A stretch of 64,000 nt of DNA from Spirochaetia bacterium (lineage in GTDB: Bacteria; Spirochaetota; Spirochaetia; WTKD01; G963693115). The stretch lies in contig CBDDCA010000006.1 of assembly GCA_965226055.1 (NCBI GenBank), forward strand, positions 32,001 through 96,000, given 5' to 3'. Both the position numbers and the translations under genes were made by a program. A model generated the notes under the pieces. It had not been told where the DNA came from. It was given only the letters and a program-made list of their open reading frames with translations, and made no database searches. Shown in pieces: positions 60,439 to 64,000 of this stretch; position 1 is the stretch's first letter; each line of letters begins with the position of its first letter.

Positions 60439-60966
60439 CTATATAGCAATAGTATCTACAAATATAGTAATAGTATCTATATCATAATAATTGTTAATAT
60501 TAAAAAGTAACCATTCTTTAATCATGTTTATTCTCTCATTATTTGCAATATTTTTACTTTCCTGTGCTACTGTATCTTCAAAAGCAAGAAAAATAAACGC
60601 TAGATTACGAGTGTCATGAGAAGAGTATATTACTCGCTGTAAGCGTACATAATTGTGTACAAGGCTGTCATTGTAAATTGATTGTGGACCTAAAAATAAT
60701 TCTTTTATAAATACCTCTAGGCTTGAGTTATTCACACTCTTTTTTGCATTAAGAGGGCTTACAAGAGGAATTCTATGTAATTCAGGAGAAAAGCCACTGT
60801 CCACTGTAGCTGGTGGAAAATACAATACTTTTTTTTCTAATCTATTGTCACTATTAAAATAAAGCTGTACATCTACAATGTACACAAAAATAATTGCAAT
60901 AAACACTAAAGAGGTATATACTTTTTTATTCTTACTTAATATCTGAAACATCGAATAACTCCACAT
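60439..60966 (-). CDS. hypothetical membrane-anchored protein (possibly GerMN-like)
   Basis: N-terminal TM, LYFP, ELFLGP; follows the amidase. Confidence 0.55.
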   Translation of the reverse strand: MWSYSMFQILSKNKKVYTSLVFIAIIFVYIVDVQLYFNSDNRLEKKVLYFPPATVDSGFSPELHRIPLVSPLNAKKSVNNSSLEVFIKELFLGPQSIYNDSLVHNYVRLQRVIYSSHDTRNLAFIFLAFEDTVAQESKNIANNERINMIKEWLLFNINNYYDIDTITIFVDTIAI

Positions 60967-62095
60967 ACTTTTTTATGCCCTTTGCAATTCCTTTTGCTAA
61001 GACATCTTGATATTCTTTTAAGGTGAGTGTATATCCCTCCTGAGGATTAGTAACAAACCCTAATTCAATAAGTATAGCAGGCATCTTAGTATTTCTCACT
61101 ACATACCATTCATTTTCTTTTAAGCCCCTATTCTTAAAATTATACCCTATACTCTCTTCTAATGATTGTAGTACTACTTTAGCAAGTTCAAAACTTTCTA
61201 AAGAAATTTCACTGTTTCGTAATGTATTGATTATTGAATACAATGCTACATTGTCAACATCATCATCTTGTAATAAATCATCTCTATAAAACTCAGACGG
61301 CAGATACCATATTTCGTACCCATTTGCACTTGAACTAGGAGCTGCATTTGCATGCACAGAAATAAACAAGATTAACTCACCATTGTCAAGCTCATTTAAG
61401 TATCTATTTGCAAGTAAAGTTCTCTGTTCAAGTGACAGATATGTATCATCATCTCTTGTGAGAATAATAGGGAGGTTAGGAAAAAAATTTTGTACATATT
61501 TTTTAATTAAGAACGATACATTCAAGACTACATCTTTTTCGTATATAGTGTGTTTTTTATTCTTATAGGTAATGTTTCCTACTCCTCCAGGATCCTTCCC
61601 TCCGTGCCCTGCGTCTATTATAATTCTGCTCACTTTACTTTGAGCAAAACTTTGCCTCTGCAAATCTGTTACTGTAGCATTCTCTCTATCGGTAGTGCTT
61701 GTTACTGTATCTTTGTTATTTGTATTGGAGTTATTGCTACTGTTATCTCCAATGTTTGTTTCTGTGCGTTCTATTTGAAACAATGTTTCCAAAAGAGTGA
61801 GGGTATTATTTGATATTGTAACGATAGAGTTTTGTAACAGTGGAGGATCAATCTTAAACTGTTTTTGAAAATTAAGTACAAGCACAGGAGTATCAACACT
61901 AAATATAACAATGCTGTCCCCTTTTGATAGCATTCCTGTTTTGCTTAGTAGATCCCAATAAAAATTGATTTTGTTTTTATTTGCAAAGGCTGATATTGAT
62001 GCCTGATTTTGTGCAAATATGTTTGTATTAGTATTGAACAATGAGAAAAAAACAATACATAGTACTATAAATAGCTGATGATTTCTTGAGGACAT
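60932..62095 (-). CDS. N-acetylmuramoyl-L-alanine amidase (Amidase_3)
   Basis: IIIDAGHGGKDPG, EKD, LTRDDD, FISVHAN, MPAILIELGFVTN. Confidence 0.93.
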   Translation of the reverse strand: MSSRNHQLFIVLCIVFFSLFNTNTNIFAQNQASISAFANKNKINFYWDLLSKTGMLSKGDSIVIFSVDTPVLVLNFQKQFKIDPPLLQNSIVTISNNTLTLLETLFQIERTETNIGDNSSNNSNTNNKDTVTSTTDRENATVTDLQRQSFAQSKVSRIIIDAGHGGKDPGGVGNITYKNKKHTIYEKDVVLNVSFLIKKYVQNFFPNLPIILTRDDDTYLSLEQRTLLANRYLNELDNGELILFISVHANAAPSSSANGYEIWYLPSEFYRDDLLQDDDVDNVALYSIINTLRNSEISLESFELAKVVLQSLEESIGYNFKNRGLKENEWYVVRNTKMPAILIELGFVTNPQEGYTLTLKEYQDVLAKGIAKGIKKYVELFDVSDIK

Positions 62096-63891
62096 TGCTG
62101 TATTAATTTTCTAGTATAGTATAATCCTTGCCAACCTGCACGCAAGAAAGATCGCCAAATACATTGCTGAAATATCTGTGCTTCTTTTGAAATAGTAGTA
62201 GAGGGGGCATATTGGACAGAAAGTAGATTTTTTTCAAGGGCTATCTGTAAAGCATCGTATAAAGAACAAAAGGTCCATGTTCCAAACTGCTGTTTTGCAT
62301 AAGAAACAAACGATGTTTTATGTGCAATAGTAAGCAGCAGTGGTGTTTCTTGCAATGCTGTCTCTTGCTGTGCTGTATGTAAAAAGTGTAACATATGCTT
62401 ATTATCATATACACTCTCTCTTGTAGCTATCGTATTGTCTTGTTCTAACTGCTGAGAAATGGTATCAAGTGGAAAACAACGCCATGCTGATTTCTGACAT
62501 TCATGCTGTAATGAATACAAAAACATATTTGCCTCTTTATTTATCTTTACCTCTACAAATATATCCGAGATAGTATGTGCTGCAATATGATGTATACTTG
62601 CGGTATCTTTTGCTTTGATAAGAATAGACGCTATTCTATGTGTATTATTTTTAGGCAGACAAGACATAGCTCCTGATCTGTTATGTACATATATAGCAAA
62701 GACTTTACCTTTATGATAATTACATTGATCAGGACAGTAATAGTACTTTTTATGATGGTACGTATAAAAATAATGCTGAGAAAATATGTTTGATTTTCTC
62801 ATACATGCACTAATATCTGGAGTTGTCCGAATGGCAATGATCTTGCCTGGCAGCCCCATAAATGCTCGTTCCCCAGTACTCCCGACAACAGCCGAATCTA
62901 TGGTGTTTGAAGCAAAAGATTGTGTATGAATTTTTTCTATAGCTTTTATCGGTATTGGTTTTTTTAAGGCTAATGAAACTGCTAGATGAGTTATGTTAGT
63001 TCTAAAATAATGGGGAGAAGTCCAGCCTGACATATATCCCCCTGATAATCGTGCTGCTAACTCTCCAATATAAGGCTTTCCTTTATGAAAAATAACATCA
63101 GCTTTACATACTCCTTCTTTCATTCCTAATGCGAGTACTGCTTTTTTTACTTCTTGACAGGACGCCTCTACCATCTCTTTCGGTAAAGCAGAGGGGATGC
63201 TATGGCCAAGCTCTATACAATAGGGAGAAAAATATACATGTCTGTCAGCAATGCCTAGCATATATAAAGTACCATTATACAGCAAAGCGTCAATACTAAG
63301 TTCAGGTCCCTCTAATTTTTTTTCTATAATCAAGCTATTTTTTTCTTTTGAAAACATAAGAGCATGTTCAATAGCCTCGTGTATTTGTTTATCACTGTAT
63401 ACTTTTTGTACTCCACGTGCTCCCATATTATGAATTGGTTTAAGAACTACAGGATACCCAAGTGCGTTTGCACTCTCGACATAGCTCTTACTTTTTATTG
63501 CATCTTCATTGAGTATCGTAAACTGAGGAACTGAGACTCCTGCATCCCATAACACAGTGCGCATAATATCCTTAAATACAAAGTTTCGTGCTACCTGAGG
63601 GGACAAACTAAAAAGATTACAATGCTTTGCAATTTTTGCAACAACATAACTAAAATCAGTAGCGGTAGTGACAACAGCATGTATGGTATATGAAGCATAC
63701 GAAATTTTTTGTATAATTGCTTCTGCATCACTAATATCAATATTCCAAAACACATCACAGTATGCTTTTCCTACTGCTTGAGCATTCATATCGCAGGCTA
63801 TGACAGTATACCCATGCTTTTTTATTGCAAACATAAGTGGCACTTGCATAATACCAGCACCGAGTATTAAGATTGCTTTAGAATATACCAT
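62065..63891 (-). CDS. ATP-grasp domain protein
   Basis: ILGAGIMQ, KDIMR, YPVVLKP...GARGV, EKKLEGPELSID, GELAARLSGG. Confidence 0.85.
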   Translation of the reverse strand: MVYSKAILILGAGIMQVPLMFAIKKHGYTVIACDMNAQAVGKAYCDVFWNIDISDAEAIIQKISYASYTIHAVVTTATDFSYVVAKIAKHCNLFSLSPQVARNFVFKDIMRTVLWDAGVSVPQFTILNEDAIKSKSYVESANALGYPVVLKPIHNMGARGVQKVYSDKQIHEAIEHALMFSKEKNSLIIEKKLEGPELSIDALLYNGTLYMLGIADRHVYFSPYCIELGHSIPSALPKEMVEASCQEVKKAVLALGMKEGVCKADVIFHKGKPYIGELAARLSGGYMSGWTSPHYFRTNITHLAVSLALKKPIPIKAIEKIHTQSFASNTIDSAVVGSTGERAFMGLPGKIIAIRTTPDISACMRKSNIFSQHYFYTYHHKKYYYCPDQCNYHKGKVFAIYVHNRSGAMSCLPKNNTHRIASILIKAKDTASIHHIAAHTISDIFVEVKINKEANMFLYSLQHECQKSAWRCFPLDTISQQLEQDNTIATRESVYDNKHMLHFLHTAQQETALQETPLLLTIAHKTSFVSYAKQQFGTWTFCSLYDALQIALEKNLLSVQYAPSTTISKEAQIFQQCIWRSFLRAGWQGLYYTRKLIQQCPQEIISYL

Positions 63892-63905
63892 ATTGTTATT
63901 ATAGC

Positions 63906-64000
63906 TTATCGTTTTATTGCATAGATTTCAAAAGTGTCCCCAAGCGTAAAAAGAGATGCCATAGGTATCCATACAGGAGAAAGTAAAAAAGAGCATGGAA
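63906..64000 (-). CDS. 3' end of an upstream gene (partial)
   Basis: Open frame ...VWIPMASLFTLGDTFEIYAIKR* ends just before the ATP-grasp start. Confidence 0.4.
   Translation of the reverse strand, partial: PCSFLLSPVWIPMASLFTLGDTFEIYAIKR

Overview
AT-rich bacterial window, most likely from a spirochete (it encodes the periplasmic-flagellar sheath protein FlaA). Housekeeping genes include miaB, mtaB, sua5, nusA-infB-rbfA-truB, tRNA-Val(GAC), rarA, hsp20 and an amidase. Transport genes include an AapJQMP-type amino-acid ABC system and two CUT2 sugar/polyol ABC systems with iolB and a threitol-type SDR. Mobile DNA comprises an intact IS30, a 102-bp MITE derived from it, and a decayed IS1595 beside a type II restriction-modification pair. 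The standout is a ~23 kb locus (5265-28689). It encodes 2-aminoethylphosphonate biosynthesis (ppd, cytidylyltransferase-PepM, AEP transaminase), a LicC/PntC-like nucleotidyltransferase and a TagF-like phosphotransferase. It also carries four tandem ~1050-aa fusions of a YidC/Oxa1-like domain, a membrane region and an LtaS/EptA-like alkaline-phosphatase-superfamily domain. The YidC domains lack the conserved groove arginine, the copies are recombination mosaics, and their variation clusters near the predicted catalytic site. I infer a phosphonate surface-decoration system that uses a repurposed insertase fold. A giant Fn3/DUF285 lipoprotein gene with a poly-A-containing divergent promoter splits the cluster. 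All calls come from motif recognition by eye; no searches were run.
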